This document shows, one piece after another, positions 1 through 11,586 of a stretch of 63,572 nucleotides of DNA. A program made the position numbers and the translations under genes. The stretch is from Octopus bimaculoides (Eukaryota), in assembly GCF_001194135.2 (NCBI RefSeq), contig NC_068998.1, positions 35,212,031 through 35,275,602 of the forward strand, read 5' to 3'. The stretch's first letter is position 1. Each line of letters starts with the position of its first letter. Below the pieces are notes generated by a model, which was not told the DNA's origin, did not search any database, and saw only the letters and a program-made list of their open reading frames with translations.

Positions 1-74
1 ATTACAGTAAATATTTTTACTAATGTCAGCATGGAATACTTTCAGCTAAATGAGGATATATATGTATATCCATA

Positions 75-240
75 TCAGGCTTGCATCCAGTTTCTATTTA
101 CCAATTTCACTGACAAAGCATTGGTCAATCTTAGAGGAAGGCTACAGAAGTGGTCATTTGTCCAAAATGCCTTGCCATGAAACTGAAAGTGATATCAAGT
201 GGTTGTGAGTGGAGATTCTTAGCCACACTGTTACACCCAC
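75..240 (-). mobile_element. Decayed family-1 tRNA-SINE head/body fragment
   Basis: Diverged match to the reverse complement of the SINE head (tttctatttaccaatttcactgacaaagcattggtc...cttagccacac). Confidence 0.45.
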
Positions 241-797
241 TCCAGTGCAAATGAAAATAGTAGAACATGAAGTGTTGACCTCTCTGCTATAATTTTTTTT
301 TTTTCCCAGTAGTCTATTGATCAGCTGCTTATGTAACCCAATAGTTTTGTCTATCTAGTTTTATATCTGGCCACCAAATCGCAGAATTTTATAACAGCAG
401 TGACAGTAGGATCTTCTGATAGTTTGCATTGATGGCCAAATTCAATTTCCCTTGTTGGTATGGGCAGGAGAAATGCTGGATTCTCATTCATGTCATCTTT
501 ATACCCTAATACCATTGTATCATGAAACTGTCGTGGTCTCTCATTCTCACAGATAAATTGTCTCAGTTTTGTATGAATTTTTTTTATATATATTTCTTTT
601 TATACATGCTGGTTTGAATTTCAGCACTCACCTTAAAAATTTAGTCTTCTCACATTTTAAGTAATCAGTAGAGTAATAGAATATCTGCATTTCATTCTAG
701 CCCTTTGAGAACAACCCATTAGATAGAGTTTACTTCATTTTTATTTCATTTTCACTTGCAGTTTAAATCTATTCAAGTGTATGTACATATGCACATG

Positions 798-800
<3 letters not shown>

Positions 801-846
<46 letters not shown>

Positions 847-1050
847 TTTCAAATGTATATTGAATTTTGTAATTGAAATATCTTGTAATTCTCTTGCAGA
901 AGATGCATATCGGATAAGTTTGGCTGAAGCTAAAAAGCTGTTACCAAAAATACCTTGTCAACCCATTGGTTATGGTGATGCTCAAGTATTATTATCGTAA
1001 GTAACAGCCCTCCCTCTCTCTTCTCTCTCTCTCTCTCTCTCTCTCTCCCC
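801..1050. repeat. (CA)n 801-842 and (CT)n ~1011-1050 flanking exon A
   Basis: Directly visible dinucleotide tracts. Confidence 0.95.
900..996 (+). CDS. FOLH1: Glutamate carboxypeptidase II / NAALADase-like (M28B), internal exon A
   Basis: ttgcag acceptor (AG 898-899) and gtaagt donor (997). Reads DAYRISLAEAKKLLPKIPCQPIGYGDAQVLL, matching GCPII '[31 protein letters not shown]'. Whether it is closer to FOLH1 or NAALAD2 cannot be resolved here. Confidence 0.95.
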
Positions 1051-1164
1051 TCTGCCTTTTAATTTTCCCTTCTCTCCTCTCTCTCCCTTTTCCCTTTTTC
1101 ACTTCGCCTTCTCTCTCTCACTTTTTCTCCTCCCCCTCTCTCTCTCCTAAACCTTTAAGAAAAC

Positions 1165-2700
1165 CATTATCACAGCATATAATGGCATAGACACCAAAAC
1201 AACGGACCAAGACGCTCTCTTAAAGATAGACAATTGTGTCAACTGCCTCACCACATGTCCTCCATATACGTCCTTCTTATATCACACTTTAACTCTACGA
1301 ACCTAAATTCCTTTCCAGTCCTAAATACAAGCTAATCAACCCTTCTAAGAGCAAGGCAGGCATTGTAGTAAATGTTTTCTTGACGCTGTCAACTCCAATA
1401 TCTCAAGAGCTACAGCATAAATCCAATGGAAGCGCAGCATCCTTCTCTGGTTCTGCAGCATTGAGAATAAATAGTCTTTAAGTTCAAACAGTTTGGTATC
1501 ATAGATTTCTACCTTTCAGTATTGAAATCCGTACTCTTAAAGGTCTTAGATTATGGTAGAAAATTCACCAGAATTAGTGACCTCAATATCAGAACCATTA
1601 TAAACCCTAGGAAGTCACTGCTGTTTCACAATGATTTCTATAGGGATTTCTGCTGGGTAGAAAAAGGATGTACGGATGTATCTATCAAGAGCTATGATGG
1701 GAACGAAGACATTTATTTCCTCAGGTTATTTGTCCTGAATATCCTGATCAAAACATAGACAAACCTACAGTTCTCTTCTATACAGGGATGATGGTTTTTT
1801 GAAATTTCAAACCATTTAAGAGACCATACCATGGATACATTCAGTGAAAATCTTAAAAACTATCAACAAATTCACCTTCATTATAACTGTTACCACCAAC
1901 TTAGCAGTTTAATTTCATGGAAGCCCATCAAGAAAACTCTTTATATTTACTAGCACCACCCCGTTGGCTATAATTAGAAATTTAGTCACAGGTATCAGCA
2001 GAAGATTCTTGACTTTGCTAGCTCACAGAAAGATTTTTATTAGGACTGCACCCCATTTAAACAAGGCAACAAAGCACTAATAAGGATTGGCTTTACTTAT
2101 AAGTTAGTGTGCGTTGAGTATCCCTAAACCAAAAGAGTGTTAGAACTATTTTCCCTCATGTAGCTTGAGCTTCCTGACTCTTCTTATAAAGTATTTTCCA
2201 AGAACCCATATACAAGGGAGTGCTGAAAAGTTCCTGGTTTTGGGTTAAAGAAAATACAGGAGGAGGAGTTAATTATGATTTTATGCAACATATTCCTCTC
2301 TCAAATTCACACACTTATTGCAGCAGCCTTTCAATTTTTTTTAAGCCATGTCAAATAACTCAGAAGGTTGGGCCTCCAGCCAGGGCTTTCACGATACCCT
2401 TAAAGCCAGAAACTTTTCAGCACCCTTCCAATATATATCACAAACTGTTTAATTCTCATAACATCAAAATTTACACTCATGCTTAGATAATATTGTATGC
2501 AACAACAGTGCACCCACACTGTCTTCACCCTACACCCCAGCATGTAACCACCAAACTCTTACCAGCTGCCAGTTAGGTGGATCCTGCCTAAAAGATTGTG
2601 GTCTGTAGATCAATTCTCATGTCATTTGATGGCATCATGAAACATTACACAAATATGACAGCCAATGACTTTAAAGGTAAATACATACAACATATGCACT
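1165..2700 (+). mobile_element. Decayed Penelope-like element (YRDDG-type RT plus GIY-YIG endonuclease)
   Basis: Frameshifted motifs PKYKLINPSKS, QFGIIDFYLS, RKSLLF, KSYDG, LLYRDDG, IIRNLVTGISRR, YHKLFNSHNIKI, then GIY-YIG-like KHYTNMTANDFKGKYIQHMHS (~2630-2700). Confidence 0.8.
2211..2433. mobile_element. Mariner-type MITE nested in the Penelope element
   Basis: About 30-bp TIRs TACAAGGGAGTGCTGAAAAGTTCCTGG / CCAGAAACTTTTCAGCACCCTTCCAATA with TA flanks. The Penelope frame (KYFPRTH / YHKLFN) resumes on the far side. Confidence 0.8.
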
Positions 2701-4261
2701 CCATTGGGGGTAGTACCAAAGAAAACTCAGTCCCCCATTGTCTTCCTTGATCTGGAGACTGTTGCTATCAAAACAACTTCCCAACATCATATGAAACATC
2801 CATGATAGCACTACTTCTCTGTACTCATGTGTTTGTGGAAAAAAATTGAAATACCTAAATGTTACTGGGATTTCTATTTATGCAGTTACATTTAGATGTT
2901 TTCAATTTTTTTATGGATGCAATTAGCTAAAGCTCTTTTTTTTTTATAAGTTACAACTTATTAGTACAATACATAGCCTTGTGTTTGCACAAATGGCATT
3001 TATGCTTTTCATCCTCATAGTTTTACTGTGCCTAAAATATCCAAATCAAGTTTAAAGTATAAAATCTTAGATTTGAGGTTTCATAAGTATTTTGACAGTG
3101 ATGTTGAGTGCTTTAGTTTGGATAATCCTAAAGCAATGCTTGTGTAATAAATACCTGATTTTTAAAAAGTTGAAGGTAGTTTCTATATATTGCCTAATTC
3201 CATTATGGGTAATATCATTACATCAATATGCAATATTTCTTTTGAGACAGTATTCATTATGGGGCCTTAGACTGGTAGTTTTATAATTGTATCTATTTTT
3301 AGTATCTTTCAAGCTAATTTGAATATCAGTAGGTGATATTTGACACTATATGGCCGCAATAGATAAGATAATTTCATCGATACCAGATATGGTAGGTGTT
3401 ATCAAACCTCCTTTTATATTATATTTCTATTAACATTATATGTACTGTTCTTGTAATTAATTAGTTTGTTCTGGGATTGTGTGATATTATTCAATAGACG
3501 AATTCCACCAGCATCTCTCTCTAACATCTTAAACATGATTTTTTAAATCATTATCATAGTGTCCATTAATATTATATTCCATAATATTTTATAAGTGTTT
3601 GTTATTAGTTTTATCATTAATACCTCTAACTCTATTTAATATTATGAACCAGGCTATAATACTCATGAGAAAATGTGTCATGTGAACAAGATAATGTATT
3701 TTGCTAGAATATTTTTCCTTTAATTTTTCATAGCTGGAATCATGTACTTATGTCTGGCTCTTATTTCATTTTATTGCTTACTATTTAATACCTCTATGCT
3801 TATTTCCATAATAGTTGTAAAATGAATTTTATGTTATATATTAGGTTGTAAGTACTTTTCTTAGCAGATATATATATATATGTGTGTGTGTATGTATGTG
3901 TGTGCATGTAAATGTATGTGTATAGATACACACACACCTTCAAGAGCTAATACTTCTTTTGATTCTGAAACTGCAATGCATCTATGTATATAGCTATACA
4001 GATATACTGGGTGTCGTAGTTTCATGCTGCTTTCTTTATATTTCGTTTTTATTCATCTTTCTGTTATTAATCCTTTTTGTATAAATATTCTTCAGTGTCA
4101 TATTTCCTGACAGTTTGTTTATTTTAAATATTTATGTTTTGATGAAGTGGCAAATATTAACAACTAAAACAACTGTGTTTGTTTGTGTGTGTGTGTGTGT
4201 ACATTTATATAATGCATATATACATTTATATACTTATCGCTTATTCTGGGTTTTTAAAAAT

Positions 4262-4770
4262 TCTTTTACTGGTTTCAGCTAGGGGGGCGGGACCATGCTG
4301 GAGCACCCCCTTTCAGTGTTTTGGGGGTTTCCTTTCTGTATTGTTTTTGGTGAAGAAGTGAGTTGGATGAAGCTGCTCTTCCTTGTGCCTCCTCTCACAA
4401 TGTGGATCCATCTGAGATTTCAGATAGAAATTTGTCCAGGTGCTTTTTGAATGTTTCCACACCTACACCTGGAAGATCTCGTAGGTTCCTTTTCAGGATG
4501 TTAAACAGTTGTGGTCCCGTGAAACCCAAGCTGTTGCAATACTGGGTTCTTATTTGAGATGGAGACGATGGTAACTTTGGTATTATGCAATGCCATCCAG
4601 TTCGGTGGTTGGTATAGCTTTTAATTCCAAAGTTGGGAGCCAGACCTTCCAGGGTCTTCCATATGTATACCACTACATAACTCTCTTGCCTTCTCTCCGG
4701 CGAGTAGAACTTCAGTTCTTGTAGCCTCTCCCAGTAGCTCATCTATTACACCGAGTCAATCTTCTTTCTG
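4262..4770 (-). mobile_element. CR1/L2-group LINE 3' fragment (ORF2 C-terminus and 3' UTR)
   Basis: ORF 4395-4742: SYWERLQELKFYSPERRQE...LGFTGPQLFNIL...FKKHLDKFLS, a typical CR1/L2 C-terminus, followed by a 3' UTR ending ctgaaaccagtaaaagaa. Confidence 0.85.
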
Positions 4771-5084
4771 TAGCAGTGCTGGATGTGTGTGTGTGAGTGT
4801 TTGCATATAAGACAAAAAGAAAAAATACTCATTTTTTTAAATCAAAATATGCTACCAGTTTCACTTGTGTTTAAGCAAATTTAGTCATGTTGTAAGAGAA
4901 GGGAAAATGTATTGAAATAAAATTAATCTCAGTTGCATTGTGTTGATTTGAAAATACATACTTGGAATACTTAGTACTCTTACCACTCTACTCTTTATTA
5001 CACATCCATCTCATCACTATATTTCATGCCTCTGTCACTTGTTCTTCTTACTCTATGCTAAGCAAGCAGAGATATGCAATTGTG

Positions 5085-5298
5085 AGATCCCTTTAGTCAC
5101 TCATGTTCAGCACATCTGGTAAAGTGGGTGGAGTTAAGAAGGATATCCGCCCATAGAAGCAAAGCCAAAATTGAAATGCAAATGAATGAATTTCTCAGCC
5201 AAGCTCATTGAGCAGTATCCCCAAACACATGCTGACTCTGATTATGCCAAACCATCCAACCCATGCCAGCATGAAAAGTGTACATAAAACGATGATGC
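5085..5298 (+). mobile_element. RTE-type 3' tail fragment
   Basis: aaaccatccaacccatgccagcatgaaaag...aaacgatgatg, the (GAT)n-ending tail found throughout the window. Confidence 0.7.
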
Positions 5299-5356
5299 TT
5301 TACTAACACAGATATTAATATTTTTTAAAAATACATACATATGTGTATGTGGTGGG

Positions 5357-5747
5357 GGTGTAGTAAGTAGTTTGGCTCCCAACCACATGGTTCCGGGTTC
5401 AGTTCCACTGTGTGACACCTTGGGCAAGTATCTTATACTATAGCTTCAGGCCAACTAAAGCTTGGTGAGTGGATTTGGTAGGCAGAAAATGAAAGAAGCC
5501 TACTGTTTATGTATGTGTTTGTTTGTGTTTATGTCTTTGTGCCTGTGTTTGTCCGCCATCACCACTTAATAGTCATTCTTGGTTTATTTACATCTCTGTA
5601 AATTAGTGGTTCAGCAAAAGAGTCTAATAAAATTAGTACCTGGCTTTAAAGCAGAATAAGTATTGGGTTGACTTGTTCAGCTAAAATCCTTCAAGGCAGT
5701 GCTCCAGCATGGCTTCTGTCTAATGGCTGAAATAAGTAAAAGGATAA

Positions 5748-5750
<3 letters not shown>
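5357..5750 (+). mobile_element. Family-1 tRNA-derived SINE
   Basis: Head with B-box-like ggttcagttcc, internal TG-rich tract, tail ggcagtgctccagcatggc...ctgaaataagtaaaag. Confidence 0.85.
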
Positions 5751-5785
<35 letters not shown>

Positions 5786-5810
5786 TTGTGTGTGTGTGTA
5801 TATACATATA

Positions 5811-5852
<42 letters not shown>

Positions 5853-5914
5853 CATTACCTTTTTAGTCAAGGTATCAATCAACTGCACCTCCAGCTATTC
5901 ATAGCAGATCCTTT

Positions 5915-7250
5915 CAAAATAAATTTAGAACATGTTGTTTGATAAACAAAATGCAATTTATACCTTCAAAAACTTATTAAAGAATTTCCTTAAGTTGAGT
6001 GATTTTAGTAAATATCTGCCCTGTGAATTTCCTTGAAATTCATTAAATGCTATAAAAGCATTGAAATCTTCCTTTGTCCTTGCTCAGCTTAGAGCAATGT
6101 AAGTTTGACCATGACTTAACATAGGCTCTGATAAATATATTTTCACATTACTGAACAACTTTGTGATTTCTTCACAGTTATTATGTAGGCAGGTAACATT
6201 GGGAATTAGCATTTCTTTAACATGAACAGTAGCATTATTTCACTGGGAACCAGATCTATTCTTTGCATGAAAACTAAATCTCTTTTGTGACTCTCATTAA
6301 GTATTCTTGCAAGACGGAAATGATCATGCAGGTCTCACAGTATCAACCTTATAGTATCAATGAGTCCCTTTTAGGAATTTCAATTGTGCAGCAATATGAT
6401 AATAGAGCCAGTTTTCAAGGACAAAAACTATAGAAGTATTTATGGAAAAACTGTTGGAAAATTGATTTTGTTAAGACTCTCGTAATCATTTTTCTGCCTT
6501 TGCAGTCAGGGATTAAATATTTTCTTGTAGTTCTATAGCTTCTGTGAAAGGAGCTTCTGCATTATTATCATGCACTTGTTTAGGAGGTACACGCACAATG
6601 TAACAACATCTCAGTCCATTTTATTCTCTATTTTTTCTTCTGTTTCATTCAGAGCTGTTTACACACTACTTGCTTAACCCTTTAGCATTTAAACCCACCA
6701 TATCTGGTCAGAATATAAAGCCTGTTTTATATTCAAACTGGCCAGATCTAACTTTTCACACCTACCCTACAACGTCATTCAAAAATAAACTATCACATCA
6801 TTGAAATTGCAAAACTATGAGATAATGCATGATTAATTCAAAAGAATCTGAATAAATAAGCATTACATTTGACAAAGTAATCTGAATATTAAAGGGTTAA
6901 GTACTTGTTTATAGAGGCATTGGTTAGGTTATCTTGAAATTCTTCAAATTTTCAAGCAGTCTACTTGGTTCATTCAGAATGCGTATTACAGAAGCTAGTT
7001 AAGAACTTTTGTTAACTTTGTTTGTTAACTTTGAGGTAGCATTTGTGCTGAACTGGTTTCATCTGGGCATACCCTTCATCCAGTGTCCTTCATTCGAAGC
7101 TTTCTGATGTTTATTGCTGCCTGAAAAGTTTCATAGGTAATACCGTTAATAACCATGAGTGTTCAAAACTTTATTCTCTTTTTATATGCAGTAGTTGCAA
7201 CACATTCTTGCTCCTTTCTTTCTACTTCAGCCAAAATTTCACATATTGCT
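5915..7250 (-). mobile_element. Helitron Rep-helicase remnant (internally deleted)
   Basis: Minus-strand PIF1 motifs LKTGSIIILLHN, DLVFMQRIDLVPSE, FPMLPAYIITVKKSQS, VKIYLSEPMLSHGQTYIALS*, plus the upstream linker VINGITYETFQAA (~7100-7160). Confidence 0.8.
6678..6896. mobile_element. piggyBac-type MITE
   Basis: TTAA target duplication (6674-6677 and 6897-6900) with TIRs CCCTTTAGCATT / AATATTAAAGGG. A second, diverged copy lies at ~41960-42168. Confidence 0.8.
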
Positions 7251-7512
7251 GTGAAATCATCAGCTCTAAATTTTGCATCATTTCTAACATACTGCTTATT
7301 GGTTCTAATGGTAATGTGTTACACTAGCCTCCGCAGAACCCACTATAGCTGTATGTAAATCCTTGGTTCTTTGTCAGTGGGGTACGTATTAGATGTTCTA
7401 TGATAAAATTGTCCAAAGCAGAATTTTTCCTGGTCAAGAGCCACTATGTGTTGTCATTCAGACAAAAGAGTATGATGAGTTAAAAGAACAAATGCTGTTC
7501 TGAAAGTTGCTA

Positions 7513-8739
7513 TACAAGGGGCAGCAGAAAAGTTCATAGCCCCTCCCCCTTCCATGCCACACACTTCCAGTGCTTAGATCCCATTAATGAAGCAGCTTTT
7601 ATCCTGTTGGTAAAAAGAATCATCAACAGCAGACATGATGTCATCATCACTGTGATACTAGTTCCCAGCCAAGTGTTTTTTTTTTCATTTTGGAGAACAG
7701 AGGATAATCAGATGGGGCCAAATCAGAAGTATTGGGAGGCTGATCAACCAGTTCAAAGCCACAGTCATTCACAGCAGCCATTGAAAGCAAGGACTTGTAT
7801 GCTGGAGTATTGTCCTGATGAAACAAGAAGTTTTCATCAGTTTTCCTGAGTGTTTGGTCTTGTTAGCCTTTCGTAACTGCCTTAGTTAGTTGGCATAGAA
7901 CTCTCCATTGACAGTGTGGTCTTTTTGAAGATAGTCAATAAACACAATGCCTTCTGCAGTCCAAACAAATGAGGCCATCACCTTCCTTGCAGATGAAATA
8001 ACCTTGGTCTTCTTTGGGACAGGTGAAGAGGAATGTTTCCACTCCATGGATTATCTCTTTGTCTCTGGCTCAAAGAGATGAACTCAATATTCATCCTGAG
8101 TTTGGAAGCATTCAAGGAACCAGCTGGATCTGCCTCAGATAGTGTCAGATTTTCCCGTAATGTGCTCAGCCTGGTGTGCTTTTGATGAGGTGTTAGGAAA
8201 CTTGGCACCCACTGAGCAGAGACCTTTGTCATGCCAAGTTCATTGTGCTGAATATTCTCAACTCTCTCATAGGATATGCTAATATAACATAGGCTATTTG
8301 ATTTATAGTCAATCACTTGTCATCCATCACCATGTGATGAACATGATCAATGTTTTCCTTGGTTGTAGCAGTTGCAAGATGTCTAGATCTTGGGTCATCT
8401 TCAAGACTTTCTGTTCCCTTCCTAAATTCAGTTGTCCACTTATGCACTGTTGATAAAGCTGGAGTGTCATCCCCTAATGCAGGAACCATATGGCCATGAA
8501 TGTCCTTGGGGGCTAAACTCTTTTCTGCAGATACTTTATAACACCACAATGCCAAATTTTGTTGATTTTCAAGAGAAGTCACTACTATTTACTTAAGTCT
8601 TCTTTGAACAGTCAGATGTCAGTATAACTGGAAAAAAACAATGCAGTATTTATGAGTTGAAATTAATGCATGCAAAATTTAACAGTTCTAGCACCACTCC
8701 TTCATAGTTGGCCTTTGAACTTTTGAGTCCACCCTCATA
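7513..8739 (-). mobile_element. Near full-length decayed mariner transposon
   Basis: TIR-like ends (TACAAGGGGCAGCAGAAAAGTTC and gaacttttgagtccaccctcata). Transposase pieces: HTH region SLEDDPRS, KVSAQWVP, FHQDNTPA, SDLAPSDYPLFSKMK. About 1.23 kb. Confidence 0.85.
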
Positions 8740-9769
8740 TTTGGAGTTTGTGTTGGTACTCTGTTGGTTTTCTCCTGGATGGTAGTCTTAGATTTTTGTT
8801 TATGAAAGAAGCTGTTAAACTGTCCATTACTTGATCTCTTGTCTTTGAAGTTCAATAAACTGCAGAATAAGCAGATATCATTCATTTTGCCACAGTTATG
8901 TTGCTGAATTTCAGTTTCATTAACATGTTAAGTTGTCTACTTTAAGAGATATGGATCCTGTTCTTAATTGTTTCATGATTTTGATGTTATTTTTTACAGC
9001 AGGATACAGCATCATCATTGTCTTTTCTTAATGCAGTTGTCTGTCTTGCTTTCATTTTTCTTCAGTCTCTCTCTCTCAACAAAACTTGTCTTCCTTTTGC
9101 AATCATTTCTCTATTTTTCTCCTTCTATTTTCTAAAGTGATAAGTGTCCTGTTTTTTTTTCCCTTTTTATTGCAAATCTCTTTCTATTTTTCCTTTTTCA
9201 TCCATTGCTTCTGGCACCAAATTTCCTCTTATAGGTTTCCAGTAACCTCTCCTTGTAATACACTAAGTCTTTTCCCACATGTACTTAGACATTGGTTTTT
9301 CCCCACTGATCTCACAATCTCATACTTATTTTAAACTTTCCTGTCATGAAGACTATTTCTGTAGTTATAGCAGATGCTGTCTTATTCAAGTTTTACCATT
9401 CACTTTGCCTTCCCTTTGTTCCTTACTTTCCTTATGTTTTTTTGCCATTTTCATGTTTCATTAAACAGATATTTGAAAGACTTTGCATAGACTATATACT
9501 AACAATATTTATGTTGTTTGCTCTTTCCTCACTTCACACCTGCCACTCTTACAATTATGCCATCTCTTATTCCAATTCATTTTTGATTCCTTTCTCTCTC
9601 ATTCAGTTTCTGTTTAAAGGTGTATGTGTACACATATATACATAAATGCGTGTGCATGTGTATGTTTAAAGTATGTGTACAGCCAGCTGTTACTTGCTTG
9701 ACAGCTTGAACCATGCTTTCATTTATTGTTTTACATACGTATGTAGCCCTGAACAGATATAGGCTTCCT

Positions 9770-9935
9770 GTCAGCTTGCTCACCATTCACCTGATGGAAC
9801 ATCCTAGTTGTGACAGCTAGAGACATGAAATGAAGTGCCTTGCTCAAGGGCACAGTTTTCTACATGGTAAGAGGATTGACCCTATAACCTTATGACCAGA
9901 AGCTGGACAACTTAGCCTCTAGACTGTATGCCTTC
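9770..9935 (-). mobile_element. Diverged tRNA-SINE fragment (probably a third family)
   Basis: gacatgaaatgaagtgccttgctcaagggcaca...ggattgaccc resembles an antisense SINE head/core. Related body fragments at ~27160-27230 and ~62110-62170. Confidence 0.45.
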
Positions 9936-10251
9936 ATATATCTCTGTTTATACTTATATGTTTGTGTTTGTGTGTATCTGTGAATATATGTGCTTGAGTG
10001 TGTGTGTGTATACATTTACGTGTGTGTGTTTGTGTGTACATTAGTTTATTTTGGAAGAATGAAAGAGGAGTGTTCAAAACCTTTAGATTGTGTGGGGGTT
10101 TTATTTTGAAACTGAAACTTTGTCTCATGACTAGAGTTTTATACCATTGCATGTTTTCCCCTGAAGAATCACCATGGTGTCAAACTCAAGTCATAAGATG
10201 AACTCTTAGTTTTGGTTTCAATAAAAAACACAATGTATATGTATATATATT

Positions 10252-10583
10252 TACAAGGTGGTATCAAAAAGTTCCTGAACTAGTTCTCTAGTATGCCAAC
10301 AGCTGGCAGCACATGGTTGCATGCACAGTAACAACTAGCAGTGACTTTTCATGAGGCAGTGTGTTGAGTGACAACACTGTTTTCTTCACAAGTTCTGAAA
10401 TTTATTTTTGTGATTACATGTATAATGTAGTCTGTGGTTTTTGCCATGGACAAGAAGTTGCAGCAAAGTGCCAGCATAAAATTTTGTGTTGAACTTGAGA
10501 AGTCTGCTACACAGACATTGAACATACTTCAGCAAGCTTACAGTGATGAGGCAATGTGTCGTATGCAATGTTTCAAGTGGCAT
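10252..10583 (+). mobile_element. Mariner 5' fragment (TIR and transposase N-terminus)
   Basis: TACAAGGTGGTATCAAAAAGTTCC TIR. ATG at 10446 begins MDKKLQQSASIKFCVELEKSATQTLNILQQAYSDEAMCRMQCFKWH. Confidence 0.85.
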
Positions 10584-11246
10584 ATATACATGTAGATTTT
10601 CTGTAGGTTAAATCTGGTAATGCGAGGGTTCTGTTTGAGTTTACTTGATATGTATAGACCGTGTATTTGATGTAGCAATTTTGGATGAAGTTTGATGGAG
10701 TTTGATATGATATGTTTTGTTAATCTGTAGTATTATTGACAAGCATATGCTCAACGAATTGGCATGTCTAGCTACTCACTCCTTAACAATTGATCTATAA
10801 CGTTCTCCCCCATTCACTAGTTTTATCTACCATTCTTTTTTTCTCTGAATAATGTCCATATCTTAACTATCATAACACCATCAATGTACTACTGTGTATT
10901 ATATTGGCACAAGCAAAGATGTGTTGAATATGTTTATTTTTGTATATATGTGGTAATGATGGTTTCTACGGAATGCTTACATCCGATAAAAACACACACT
11001 TCTGAGTTTGTCATAGGTTAGCCTACATGTTGTTAAATGACTTCCTTTTGAAGTTCTCCCTGAGGATGTTCCTAATTCACTGGTTTCGAATATGGAATTT
11101 TATTTCTGAAATTAAGAATTAGGTATGGAAACAGCTGTAGGTGGAAATTCTATGTATGAATTTGAATGTCTTTAAATAAAAACATCTGTACGTAAATTTT
11201 TATCAATTTTCTTCATTTTTTTGTTTTAAAAGGTGTGTGTGTATGT

Positions 11247-11281
<35 letters not shown>

Positions 11282-11534
11282 TCTATAGATTGCTTTTCTT
11301 TCAGTATCTGATATAATTTCTGCTTTTACTGTTTATTTTCATTTCTTGTGTTATGTATTTGGAGCCAAAGCAATTGCAGTTTTGTATAATATTACAGACA
11401 TTACTACTTCAGATGAACATATTGTATTTATGTTGTTGAAGTATTTTAAATGTAGAAATATACAGACTGTCAAAACCAACAATGTATATGGTTGATATTC
11501 AGTAAACATTGCATATAAAACAAAATCAAAGGAA

Positions 11535-11586
<52 letters not shown>

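Noticed and set aside
10590-11200. Possible Penelope pLTR or hammerhead (cctgaggatg...gaaac) after the mariner fragment
   Set aside because: I could not pair the stems or find convincing coding motifs.
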